From Octopus sinensis (Eukaryota), in assembly GCF_006345805.1 (NCBI RefSeq), contig NC_042998.1:4526001-4590000 (forward strand): 64,000 nt of DNA, written 5' to 3'. Position numbers and translations under genes: made by a program. This document shows positions 51,881-64,000 of the stretch, piece after piece (within the stretch, counting starts at the first letter, position 1; every line of letters starts with the position of its first letter). The notes under the pieces were generated by a model. It saw only the letters and a program-made list of their open reading frames with translations. It was not told the origin of the DNA and did not search any database.

Positions 51881-53492
51881 TGCATATTGGAGACTAAATA
51901 AATGAAAAGGAGACTGGAAACATCAGGTTATCAGTACCTCTATACCTAAGAGAAATCTTAGAGCAATAACAAGACAATGACTTTCACATTTATTCTTATT
52001 CTGTTTCGGCAGGTTCGAAAGTGAATAAGCCGGCATTTCACCTTCTATTGTTACCTATATAAGCAATAAATGCAAATTCATAAATATGATTAAATTTTCT
52101 GTATACATACGAATGCAATATGAACGTGCATATATATCTATAAGTTGTAGAGATCTACGAACGGAGAACACATTCACAAAAATACAAAAATGAATGGTGA
52201 ACGATGCCTTAAAGAATCTGCATATGAAGTACATCTTTATGTGGGCAAGAATTTTGTTGAGAAGTTTATTGCACTACATTTCGATTTGTGAAAAATCGGA
52301 AATTTCTGAAGAATTTGTAAACAAACATGGCGAACGATTCATTTTGCTGTTAATTGAATGATTGCAGTGAGTTATGTAATAAGATTTGTATAGATTCTTT
52401 TAAGCATAAGCAACACAGATCAATTCCAGTGAGTCACGTAATAAGATGTGTATAGATTTTTTAAGCATAACCAACACAAGCATGATCGCCCCCGTATGAA
52501 ATAGCAGTATCAATGAAAGACCAAGTCGTATTATACTATAAAGTGTCTGTCTATCCTCATATCATTATGACCTTATTTTACCTGGCTAGATTCTGTTAAA
52601 CTTTCTTCTATACTTCACACTAGTAGTAGATTAAGATCTACTAATGTTCTACTTCATTCTACTCATTCTCTCCCCGGTGATCGAATTGAACGCAACTGTG
52701 TTGATAGCTTCAGTTTATTAGCTTGGAAATGCACTGTCTGCTCATATATTCTTGAAACAGTTGTGAGAGACTATCTACAGATCCTATTTCTTTTTTCTTA
52801 CGATCTATCCTCTTATAAGAACTCAAACCTCATATTTGAATATATACACGTCATTCTCGAACCTGTTGTTTACTTCTTTATATTTTTATTCAGTTACACT
52901 TGAAGTAGTAAGCATCTCAGGCATTTCATCTAAAGAAATTACCGTATCATTTATCCTGACCAAGAAAATTACTGTATTTGCATGGTCGTCTATTTTCACA
53001 ATCATAAATCCTGTAAACATTAACTTAAATGAACTAGTACTTCAATCTATGTACATTAATTTAGATACTTCAATGGCAAGCGACAATAAAGCGTAAGATT
53101 ATTGATATGAAATTATAAACTACCTTCTTCTTACAAGATAATTATACACTTAATGAAGTTATAATTCTCTCCAGATGAACAAGCATTTCTCTACAACTGA
53201 ATATTACTTAAACCGTTATTGAGTACACATGAAGCTTTTGTTCAGTATTTCTATGCATCAAAATAAATTATTACGAATTAATATTACTTCAACATTTACA
53301 AGGTATAGCGTTGTAAAATCGATTTTATTAATGTGTGAGTGTGTGCGTGCATGTGTTTGCGTGTGTGTGTGTGTGTTGGTGCGCGCGTTTGTGTGAGTGT
53401 ATGTTTATGTGTTTATATGATATATCTATATATATTTATATACACATGTAAGCATTAATATATTGAATTTACACATGTATCAATATATAGAG

Positions 53493-53543
<51 letters not shown>

Positions 53544-53977
53544 ATATAATTATATAATACACACATTTATAAATATATATATATATATATGTGTACATGT
53601 GTATCACGTAGCTATTTAAATTTGCTTCTTTTCTCCCGCAAATACACATGTGCGTATGCATGCACACACACATATATTTTTTTTGTGTGTGTGGTATAGA
53701 TTAGTAAGTGTACGTTACATAATGCCTGAGATGTAAAAAGAAGATTTAATGAAAAATATCATTATTTGAAAGAATAAAATTATGACGTAACTAAAAATAA
53801 ATGATTGCACGATAGTAAGGCAGATGCAATTCTTTTCATGAATGTATGTGTATGTAATTACACTGATATATGAGCAAATATAAAGATATGCTTACACACA
53901 TATATACATCAACACATTTATGATATGTTTATACACATTTACATGTACCTGTGTATATATATGCATATAAAAACACA

Positions 53978-54084
<107 letters not shown>

Positions 54085-54730
54085 GTCTATATGAATTGAT
54101 GCATATTTATACAATATACCCTAAAGGATGCAAATTTAATTAGCTCTTAATATGTAGGCATATCTAATCTTGGTCTAAAATAGTATTGGGAGTAATAATC
54201 CCTAAGGAGATCGTGTGCATCTAAACACTGAGTTGTATTTTTTAGTATAATTAATTAATTCATATTTTCTGTGCTGCCTTACGTAACTTCAGCTCGAATA
54301 CAGCATATATACTGAAGTATTATAGCAGTCTTTGCAATACATACCCAGTTTCTTTTCGCTTTTGCCAAAAGAAATTGAAAGGAAATGAAATATTTGAAGC
54401 AAGTTCTATATTTTCGTACAGTTTGAAGTTTGCAAATTGAAGGATATAATTAGTTTGTCATATAAGAGGCGGCATTTTCTGGACAAGTTAGTCATTATAA
54501 TTTAAAGAAATTAATAGTTCTGAGTAAATAGCTGATTCAATTTATTACTTTGGGAAAGAATATTACCCTCACACACATATAAACACATGTATGTATGTAT
54601 TTATCTATCTAGCTATATATGCATATATTATATGTATGTATATACATGAGTGCGTATGTGTCTGTGTGTGTAAGTGTGGGTATGTGTGTGTGTTTGTGTG
54701 TGTTGTACCCTTGATTATAAATTGACCGTT

Positions 54731-54802
<72 letters not shown>

Positions 54803-54843
54803 CATGTCTGTGATAACGATCCTATTGATATTTTTTTTCCTCT

Positions 54844-54876
<33 letters not shown>

Positions 54877-54935
54877 CCCCCTTTTTTGTCCTCTTTCTCT
54901 CCTTTTACGATCCCTTTTGATCGAACCTCCCCCTT

Positions 54936-54969
<34 letters not shown>

Positions 54970-55038
54970 CCTTCAAAAGAAAAGCTCTACCTTGTATTTG
55001 TTCTATCTGTGTGCAGCCTGTGTGGCTAATAAAGAAAC
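54803..55038 (+). mobile_element. Tx1 copy A: 3' UTR only, inside (TATC)n
   Basis: Matches ~61360-61570; (TATC)n at 54730-54802 and TATC repeats after 55038. Confidence 0.88.
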
Positions 55039-56130
55039 ATATCTATCCGTCTATCTATCTATAGACATACATATGTATATCATGACAATAATTCTGTTCA
55101 TTGCTTGTAGGCACAGTTTAATCTCATATGATATAGTAAATCATATTTAGTACTATATGTGCAAATGTACGGAATGTACTTGTTTATGTTGATCTGAATA
55201 AAATATACCAATGTTTAGAACGATTTTGTTACGGCTATGTTGCTGTTGGGCACTCTAAAAGTAGTTGTTTTTTAGACAAGTAACATATGTAAAGCAAAAA
55301 TTTCAACTATTATAAAGGTACGTAAATTTGGACCAAGGAAAGTTACGTACTTTGTTCATGCTCATATCTCAAAGATTTTAGTAAGGTATGAATGAATGAT
55401 AACATGATCATCCCCCCCACCTACAACTTTGCAGGTGAATTCTTCTATCTGAGCTTGGGAAATTATATATTATTTTACTTTGATCGGGTATCATAAATGT
55501 GTGCTAATAGAATCAATGCACATGAGATATATATCACCATAGACTGAGTTGTACAACATAAAAACAAAAGATCATTATGGTTTCTTCCGGTCACAGCAAC
55601 CAAAAGAACTTGAAATATATATACATAAAAGTAATGTAGCATCATCTTCAATTATACAAGTAATTATTTTGAGAGAAACCAAATTCATAACCATGCAATA
55701 ATTTGATCAAATGATTGTTTCTCGTTTGAATACCTTTGAAATAACAAATTATAATTATATTCACTTTCCAGGTAAAGAAAATAAATCTTAGTTGACGTTT
55801 TTTCGAAGATGAAATGATGCAAGAAAACGACATATCGCCATTGAAATTCATTGGAGAAAATATGTCCATCTCGATATCTAAGCCTTCAGTGACATATCTA
55901 CTGGTGATGATGTATCTATTTTTTCTCTCAGGGTATGAGAGAATGAGAAACAGCAATATATTATTCATTCTAAATATAATATATATTCATATGTAAGTGG
56001 GTAAAAAAAAAGTGTGTAACATTTATTGCAATAAAAACTAGAACGGAAATCAAAGAAAATGTTAGTTGACAGTTAGTCGCATAATCATTTTACACAAAGT
56101 TAAATATCTATCTATCTATCTATCTATCTG

Positions 56131-56199
<69 letters not shown>

Positions 56200-56205
56200 A
56201 TATAT

Positions 56206-56236
<31 letters not shown>

Positions 56237-56303
56237 CCATCTATTCATCTATCCATCTATCTATCCATCTATCTATCTATCTATCTATCAAGACACAAAG
56301 TCC

Positions 56304-57727
56304 TTGCTCACAAGAGAAGGCGACACAATACATTTACATATTCCACGGAACATCATAGAAGAAACACAAAAGAAGATCATCATTTACAGAATACTCAACA
56401 CCAAAACAAAAAGACCGGAAAGCCTACCTAAAGAAAAAATTGAAAAGTGCCTCTCTTCCGTGTGGAAATTCCGAAATTATGTGAATTGGGGAAGTAAATT
56501 TGCTACCGTGCAAATTCACTTCCATACGGAAGAACTAGCAAAAAGGTTTTCAACCCTTACTCTGCGCACAGACCATGTAACAATGGTACCAAGCTACCTG
56601 GGGCGCAGAATTACGAAAGTCACAATAAATAATGTGCCGCCAATGGTGAATACCCAGTGGCTGGTATCGGCCATCTGCTCCGATATAGAAGAAGCAGATA
56701 TTTTAGAAACAGCTGACATTCCAGGGGAAAGCTGGACGGGTAAAAAACTCGAAATATTTCTTCAAATCTCCCAAGAAGTAATAAACAATTTACCAGCCTT
56801 TGTTCAACTGGTAAACGACCAAAAATTGTATGTAGTGGTGGAGGGCAGGAAACCAAGATGCTATTTATGCAACAGTGAGGCACACCTTAGATACGAGTGC
56901 CCAACTGCTGTCAGAAATAGGCAACAGCAACCACTCCCCAAACCTGGAAGGAAACCCCTGCTACCCACACCTCCTTCAACCCAAAAGACAGGAAAAACAG
57001 CGGACGATACAAAAACTGTTTCCCCCTCACCAACCACATCACCAAGAAAAGAATTACCTCCGACATCGCAACCAACAAAAGAAGCAACATCACCACCAAC
57101 ATCAAAAGACAAACCAACACCAGCACCAAGAACAACAACCAAAAAAACAAATATCAATGACGAAAAGACAAATTCTGCCCCTAACACCCCAACAACACAA
57201 ACACCACACAAAACAACAACACCTTCTACAAACACACATATAGATCCAAACGCTTTGCCTTTACCCTCTTCTGATTCGGACACGTCGTCCAACGACGAAA
57301 GTTCGACAGAATGGCAAATAGCCACAGGGGGTAAAAGAAAAAATCAAGAAAAACCAAACAAGAAATCGCAACCAAAGCAGGGAGATACCTGAACCCTGAA
57401 AACTCCATACACAACAAAACAAGCACCAACACCACAAAAACAATGCTATCAGCGATAGACACAAAAGACTCCAAACTAATGGAGTACATCACAGGATACA
57501 CAAACATTTGTGAAGATGACTTTAAAAATAGCAATCATCCACGCACTACACCACCCAAACACATCAAAATACTACACATCACACAAACACAACACCACAA
57601 ACTCAAAGCCCTCTTCCCAAATGCTGTAGGGGGTTTCCAGAAATATCTGTCCCAAAAACTGTATAAAAACCTCCTCGAAGACACATCAAAGAACGAGGAA
57701 GCCAAAACTTTCGACACAAGTAAGTAA
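56304..57727 (+). pseudogene. Tx1 ORF1 (gag-like nucleic-acid-binding protein), frameshifted near 57390-57440
   Basis: CYLCNSEAHLRYEC (CX2CX4HX4C), VEGRKPRC, Pro/Thr-rich linker, EWQIATGGKRK; the C-terminal part 57443-57727 shares a motif with the half-Tx1 ORF1 end. Confidence 0.8.
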
Positions 57728-57776
57728 CTCTCTGTACTTTCATTTTGTGTTTTAAAGCACACACCCCAATAGAATC

Positions 57777-60700
57777 ATGGTCAAGATTGGTTGTGTGAAT
57801 GCGTGTGGCTTGGGGTCTCCTTGGAAACAAGGATACCTCCTAAATGACATCAAGTCACATGATTTGGGAATCATAGCCATAAGTGAGACCAGACTCCACG
57901 AGCCACGGGCCCTAAAGTCCATGTTTGGCGGACAGTTTAACATTTATTTCGCTCCCTGTCTGCCGAGGGTGGGCGGTAGTGGCACCGCGGTACTTTTTCA
58001 CAAGAGCCTGGATCTCGAAGTCAAGACGATATTCGTAGACCCGGAGGGTAGACTGGTCGTTCTGGATGTTGACGGCAGCAATGGGTGCGCTTTTCGACTC
58101 GTATCAGTCTACGCACCGCCCTTAACAGGTCGGGCGGATTTCCTTCGACGTCTAGAAGTATTCTTGGGAACGTCTCGTCCTTTACTCTTAGTGGGGGATT
58201 GGAATGCTACCTTGGACACGCATGTAGACTACGTGGGTAGAGACAGAAACAGAAGGGGATGCAAATGCCTCAGAGACCTGCTCAGACGATTCCAACTGTC
58301 TGACAGGTACCGACTCGACCACCCAAATGCACCAACGTGGACATGGAGCAACCGCAGTGGGTCGTCGAGATCGTATCTAGATAGGATACTGTGTAGGACA
58401 GTAGACAAGGATAACTTAGGATGTCCACAATTCCACACAATCAGCTACACGGATCACAAATTGGTGACGTGTACGCTAGACTTAGATAAGGCACATAGAC
58501 AGGGTCCTGGGTACTGGAAACTGAACGCATCATTCCCGTCCAGACAAGTTTTCAGAGACCGGATTAGCACACTAGTAAAGAGGGCTTTGACGGGAGCCAT
58601 CATCAACAACAAATGGTGGTTTGCCCTCAAGAGAGCAGTAAACGCAGAAGCGATTAGGTACAGCAAATCACTAGCCATAAATAGAAATAGAGTAGAGGGT
58701 GAGCTAGTTAAGAAGCTAGAAGAGGCAATTAGAAGCGGCATCGCATCCGACGTTTTGGCGGCGAGGTTGGCCCTCGACCAACACTTCAACGCCAAACACG
58801 AATGATGTGCTGTCAGAGCTAGGATGCGTGCTCTAAGGAACGAAGGTGTTGGAGCCGCGAGGGAGGCCCGGGTGGCAGAGGCGCAACAAGGCAACAAAGC
58901 CACCATTCGGTCACTGGTAGATGAACAGGGGCGCGAATTGCTCGAGCCAAGTAAAATGTGTGAGGCCTTTCAGCAGCATTTTGCCCGACTGTTCGGGACG
59001 AGTGGAGGGCAAGAACGTAGGGTGGACTTCAGTGCCTACCTACATAGCCTGCCACGACTCTCGACAAGAAAGGCAGGGTGCTGCGAAGGTGCCATCACGG
59101 CGGCGGAAGTGCAGGAAGCGATAGCAGAATGCTCGAGAGACAAATCACCGGGTTTGGATGGTCTACCCTACGAGTTTTACAATTGTATGCCAGACTTGTT
59201 TGGGGACGTCTTGGCAGCGGTATACTGCAACTGGCAGCAAAACGGGAGCATACCCGGTTTTGTGAGTCGAGGAGCTGTAACTCTGCTGAAGAAAGATCCA
59301 AACAAGGGAAACATTATAGATAACTTTAGACCAATCACGCTGCTCAATGCAGACCTGAAAATTTTGACAAAGGTGTTAGCCAAGAGGTTGGCGCTTGTCA
59401 TCGAGAAACTGGTCGACAACGCACAAACGTGCGCCGTGCCGGGCCGGAGCATCCATGACAACCTCCATCTGATGCGCTACATCATAGACAGGGTAGTTAA
59501 CGAACCTGGCATGGGTGGGGCCCTGATCAACTTGGATCAATCGAAAGCCTTTGATAGGGTAGACCATCGATACTTGGAGGCAGTCCTGAGAGCGGCTGGT
59601 TTCGGTCCCGTCTTCCGCGGCTGGATAGCTGCCTTGTACAGAGGCATCCGTTCGGTAATTCGCGTAAATGGACATCTATCGAGACCTTTCGACATTGCAC
59701 GTTCGGTCCGTCAGGGATGCCCCCTCTCGGCGCTTCTATACGTATTGACTCTTGAGCCACTACTGCGGAAGCTGGCGACTCTAAGGGGCATCCCGCGAGA
59801 ATTGGGATGCGGGACGAGCGTGTCTGCATACGCGGACGACGTCACTGTCATAGTGTCAAGCCACGAGCACATCGAGCGGGTCGGCGAGACACTGAAAGAC
59901 TACGAAGCGGTGACAGGAGCAAAAATCAACCGGGAAAAGTCAGTGGGCCTGCGGCTCGGCACCTGGAGAAGCAAGCCCATACCGTCCACCAGTACCTCCG
60001 TCGTGGGACGCTGGACAGACGGCCCGGTTGAGTTGCTCGGGGTCTGGTTCGGTCCGGACCTCCAAATGGAGAAGAACTGGAACGAGATAACGAGTAGGGT
60101 GGTCACTCTCGCCCAGCAATGGGCCGAGAGGAAACTGTCCCTAAAAGGTCGGGCGGAGGTGGTGAATGCGTACATCGCGTCCATCATCTACTACCGCCTG
60201 ACCGTCGTACCTTGTCCCGACCCTACCATCACCAAACTAGAACGCATCCTCTTCCGCTTCTTGTGGAAAGGATGCGTCCCGATGGTCAGGCGATCCATTT
60301 GCTGTCACACCCGTTAAAAGGAGGCTGGGCATGCCGTGGTTGATGATGCGCAGACACGCGCTGAGAACTGCGACATCTCCGGCTCTATGTAGAGGACGGT
60401 GAACAGGTGTGGTCGCCGTTTGTGAGGCACGCATTCCCGCAACTCGTCTCCATGACCGAACTACAGTCGTGGATCAAAAAGCCGAGGAAGGGCGAATGGC
60501 ACCGCGAGTGTCGCGTTGCTCTCAAGCAACTCTGCCGTCCCGGGTCGACCTGAGTGACTTCAACACAACCAAAGCATTCTATAGGGGATTAGTGGAGGGG
60601 AGGTACGACGACGAGCTCGGGGCAAACCTGGGCGTCGACGAGGAATACCTGACCCGCCTGTTCAACGACTTTCGGCCCGGGACCTATGGACAACTTCCAG

Positions 60701-61206
60701 AGATCCCTGGCCTGGCGGTGCTACCGAGAAGCGCTACCCGTTCGGGATAAGCTCTATAGGCATGGCTTGAGAAACACGGGGCCGACCTGCCCGAGATGCG
60801 GGCAGAGCGACGAAACCGCTCTGCACGCAATCGTGCAGTGTCCAGCAATTTCCGACCTGTGGCTTATGTCGAACGACTGCTGTCACGTGTGGGACGTGTC
60901 GGTTTATCAGCCGAGTCTATCGTTAATATCGTCACGCCTCCTTCCTTCAAACGGGAAGGAAGAGCGATTTTTATCATACTTGTGGCTATGGCGAAAGAAT
61001 GTATCTGGTGGACGCGCCTGAAAGGATTAGAGACAAACACTTTCCTCTCTGGTCAATCTCTCATCAACTTCTTCAAGTATCACTTGAAGAGGAAAGTGAG
61101 AGTAGAGAGGCAAGTTTTGTCTAGTGAATGTTTTAAAAAAAGATGGGTGAATGTAGCAAGGATGGCACGTATGAATGACGAAGCCACCTTGACTATGATT
61201 CTATGA
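57777..61206 (+). pseudogene. Tx1 ORF2: APE endonuclease, reverse transcriptase and C-terminal Cys motif; disrupted
   Basis: VNACGL, AISETR, SVYAP, GDWNA, SYLDRI, TDHK (APE); KSPGLDG, FRPITLLN, LDQSKAFDRV, RQGCPLS, YADD (RT); CPRCG...HAIVQC. In-frame TGA at 58803-58805 and several frameshifts after 60300. Confidence 0.93.
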
Positions 61207-61569
61207 ACCGTAAAAATTAATACAGAGAGTTGCTTATTTGCAAAAAAAAAAAGAAATATAACATGTGACCTCATTGACCGAGGTTACCGTGGTCTTTTCC
61301 GTAGGCTTTTCTTTCCACGGGTAAACCTCACCTGTTCTCCCCTTTACACTTCATATTGACATTTCTGTGATAACGATCCCTATTGATCAATTTTTTTGCT
61401 CTCCCCCCACCTTTTTTTTTATTAACCCCTCCCTTTTTTTGTCCTCTTTCTTTCCTTTTACGATCCCTTTTGATCGAAAACCACCACTTCCTTTTTTTTA
61501 CCCCCAAAAGAAAAGCTCTACCTTGTAATTTGTTCTATCTGTGTGCAGCCCTGTGTGGCTAATAAGAAA

Positions 61570-61631
<62 letters not shown>

Positions 61632-61708
61632 ATCTATCTGTCTGTCTGTCTTGTCTGTCTGTCTGTCTATCTATCCATCTACTTCTATCTATCTCTATCT
61701 AATCTATC

Positions 61709-61758
<50 letters not shown>

Positions 61759-61774
61759 ATCTATCTATCTATCT

Positions 61775-62866
61775 GAGGAAGGGCAAATGGCACCGCGTGT
61801 GTCGCGTTGCTCTCAAGCAAATCTGCCGTCCCGGGTCGACCTTGAGTGACTCCAACACAACCCAATCATTCTATAGGGGATTAGTGGAGGGGAGGTACGA
61901 CGACGAGCTCGGGGCGAACCTGGACGTCGACGAGGAATACCTGATCCGCCTGTTCGGGACGACTTTCGGGCCAGGGCCCATGGACAACTTCCAGGGATCC
62001 CTGGCCTGGCAGTGCTACCGAGAAGCGCTACCCGTTCGGGATAAGCTCTACAGACACGGCTCGAGAAACATGGGGCCGACCTACCCGAGATGCGGCCAGA
62101 GCCACGAAACCGTTCTGCACGCACTCGTGCAGTGTCCAACAATTTCCTACTGCTGTCACGTGTGGGACGAGTCGATTCATCAGGTGAGTCTATCGTCAAT
62201 ATTGTCACGCCTCCTTCCTTCAAACGGGAAGGAAGAGCTATTTTCATCATCCTTGTGGCTATGGCGAAAGAATGTATCTGGTGGACGCGTCTGAAAGGAT
62301 TCGAGACAAACACTTTCCTCTCTGGTCAATCTCTCATCAACTTCTTCAAGTATCACTTGAAAGGAAAGTGAGAGTAGAGAGGCCAATTTTGTCTAGCGAA
62401 TGTCTTTAAAATAGATAGGTTAATGTAGCAAGGATGGCACGTATGAATGACGAAGCCACCTTGAGCATAATCCTATGAACCCAGAAATTGAAAACAGAGG
62501 GTTACCCACTTGCAAATAAATGTGGTAACATGTAACAATATTGATCGAGGTTACCGTGGTCTTTTCTGTAGGCTTTTCTTCCCACGGATAAACTTTATCT
62601 GCTTCCCCCTTTACACCGTACGTCATGACACTGTGATACACGATCCCTATTGATCCTTTTTTCCCCATTTTTCCTTTCTTTTTTCTCCTTTCTTTTTTTT
62701 TCTTTTCTTTTGTTTCTTTTCCTTTTTTTCTTTTTTTTCTTCTTTCCCTCTTACGATCCCTTTTGATCGAAAACCTACCCCACTTATTTTTTTTTCTCCA
62801 AAAAAGAAAAGCTCAACTTTGTAATCTGTCCCGTCTGTGTGCAACCCTGTGTGGCTAATAAAGAAA
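61775..62866 (+). mobile_element. Tx1 copy C: 5'-truncated ~1.1 kb 3' end, inside (TATC)n
   Basis: Begins at sequence matching ~60483 of copy B and is visibly diverged from it; TATC upstream, three TCTA units then (TA)n downstream. Confidence 0.92.
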
Positions 62867-62887
62867 TCTATCTATCTATATATATAT

Positions 62888-62930
<43 letters not shown>

Positions 62931-63176
62931 ACTTTGTTATATACATACAAACATACATAGTTAAATATCTATATATCTATATATGTATATATATACATAT
63001 ATATATATAAAATTTGTTATATACATACATGCATACATATACTTTATATACAAATATATATATGCATATATAAACAAATATATGTATAGATGCATGTATA
63101 CATAATACATACACATACACTTATACACACTCACACACATATATTACTTTGAATATAATTTCGTTATAATACTATA

Positions 63177-63390
63177 TGTGGAGGCGCTTGGTTTAATGGT
63201 TAGGGTGTCAGCACCATGATCGCAAGATTGTGGTTTCGATTCTTAGACTGGGCGACGCGTTGTGTTCTTGAGCAAAACACTTCATTTCACGTTGCTCCAG
63301 TCCACTCAGCTGGCAAAACCGATTAACGCTGCGATGGAATAGCGTCCCGTCCTGCTGGGGAACACGTACGCCATATTGAATCTTACTTCA
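63177..63390 (+). mobile_element. tRNA-derived CORE-type SINE, 3'-incomplete
   Basis: GGAGGCGCTTGGTTTAATGGTTAGGG head, GGTTTCGATTC B box, TTGAGCAAAACACTT core. Confidence 0.75.
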
Positions 63391-63655
63391 ACCCTTGCGT
63401 ATGTCCTTCCTCTTGTTAAGTACGTTATATCATTCCATTTTTGTTTCAAAGCAAGTTCCACGGTTTCTTTAGAAGCTAAATCTAATTTCTTGTCCTTCGC
63501 AATCCAACTTTTGTAAATCACAGTTCTCTTTTCGACTCTTTCCATAGTTTCATCGGTATGGGCAATTTTTATTTCCTGCTCTTCCCTTTCAAACATTTCG
63601 TTATATTTTTTCAACTCTTCTGGTTCGATGTTTATATTGGTTTTTGTCACAATGG
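63390..63655 (-). mobile_element. Third Tx1-type ORF1 N-terminal fragment
   Basis: VIYKSWIAK..LDLASKETVELALKQKWNDITYLTRGRTYARVEVRF aligns with VMHKSYLIK..DVAKRDQIEKCLGSMWPEIKFLIRGNKYATVEVRF (44937-45251). Confidence 0.75.
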
Positions 63656-64000
63656 TTATTATTATTATAATTATTATACAGAAATGTGTGTAATTACACT
63701 ATTTGCACACACATAAGTGTGTGTATGCATGTATATGTGTGTGTGTGTTTCGGCTCGATCAGTGACGAGATTTCTCGGTTAGTCGCTACTATTTTGTACT
63801 TAGTTTGCAAGACGCTGGACAGGAAGCCATTTCTTGCAACATATGCTATTGTATGCATTGTACTTTATCAATCCTATGTAGATGATATGCAATTTGGGGA
63901 ACACTTAAAATAGAACATTAACATGTAAATAAAACACTGTTTAATCTTATACCGTAAAACCCATACCCTGATTGAAACATAGTTCGGTTTTGAAATATAA

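Larger units (their letters stand above)
56290..61570 (+). mobile_element. Tx1-clade (L1 group) LINE, copy B, ~5.3 kb, truncated within ORF1, inside (TATC)n
   Basis: ORF1 with zinc knuckle, ORF2 with APE, RT and C-terminal Cys motif, pyrimidine-rich 3' UTR; TATC arrays at 56105-56289 and 61571-61774. Confidence 0.93.

Noticed and set aside
58803-58805. In-frame TGA between Tx1 APE and RT as programmed readthrough or selenocysteine
   Set aside because: A single substitution explains it and the same copy has several frameshifts; no SECIS seen.

Overview
AT-rich, microsatellite-dense eukaryotic DNA. The SINE families and repeat landscape suggest an octopus or other coleoid cephalopod (inference from recall, no search run). 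No host protein-coding exon could be identified with confidence. The window is essentially a transposable-element graveyard. Retroelements: Gypsy integrase remnant, solo LTR, three Penelope-like (PLE) remnants, three R4/Dong copies of two families, a long Tx1-clade LINE with two 5'-truncated sister copies, RTE and CR1 3' ends, many tRNA-derived SINEs. DNA elements: mariner, Tc1, Chapaev3-like, Tigger MITE, Helitron. Highlights seen directly in the sequence: (1) all three Tx1 copies, truncated at different 5' points, sit in (TATC)n tracts; (2) a ~1.7 kb element carries a complete (though decayed) Tx1-type ORF1, no ORF2, and the Tx1-type 3' tail (a 'half-Tx1'); (3) a tRNA-derived SINE carries a homologous ~42-55 nt tail, suggesting a LINE / half-LINE / SINE network built on one 3' stem-loop plus A(A/G)TAAAGAA signal; (4) several hammerhead ribozymes, including an intact one inside a terminally redundant 395-bp non-coding unit (retrozyme-like or solo pseudo-LTR); (5) different retroelement clades occupy different microsatellites: PLE in (TA)n, R4/Dong in (TAA)n, Tx1 in (TATC)n. 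Family assignments rest on manual translation and recalled motifs; most element boundaries are approximate (+/-10-30 bp).
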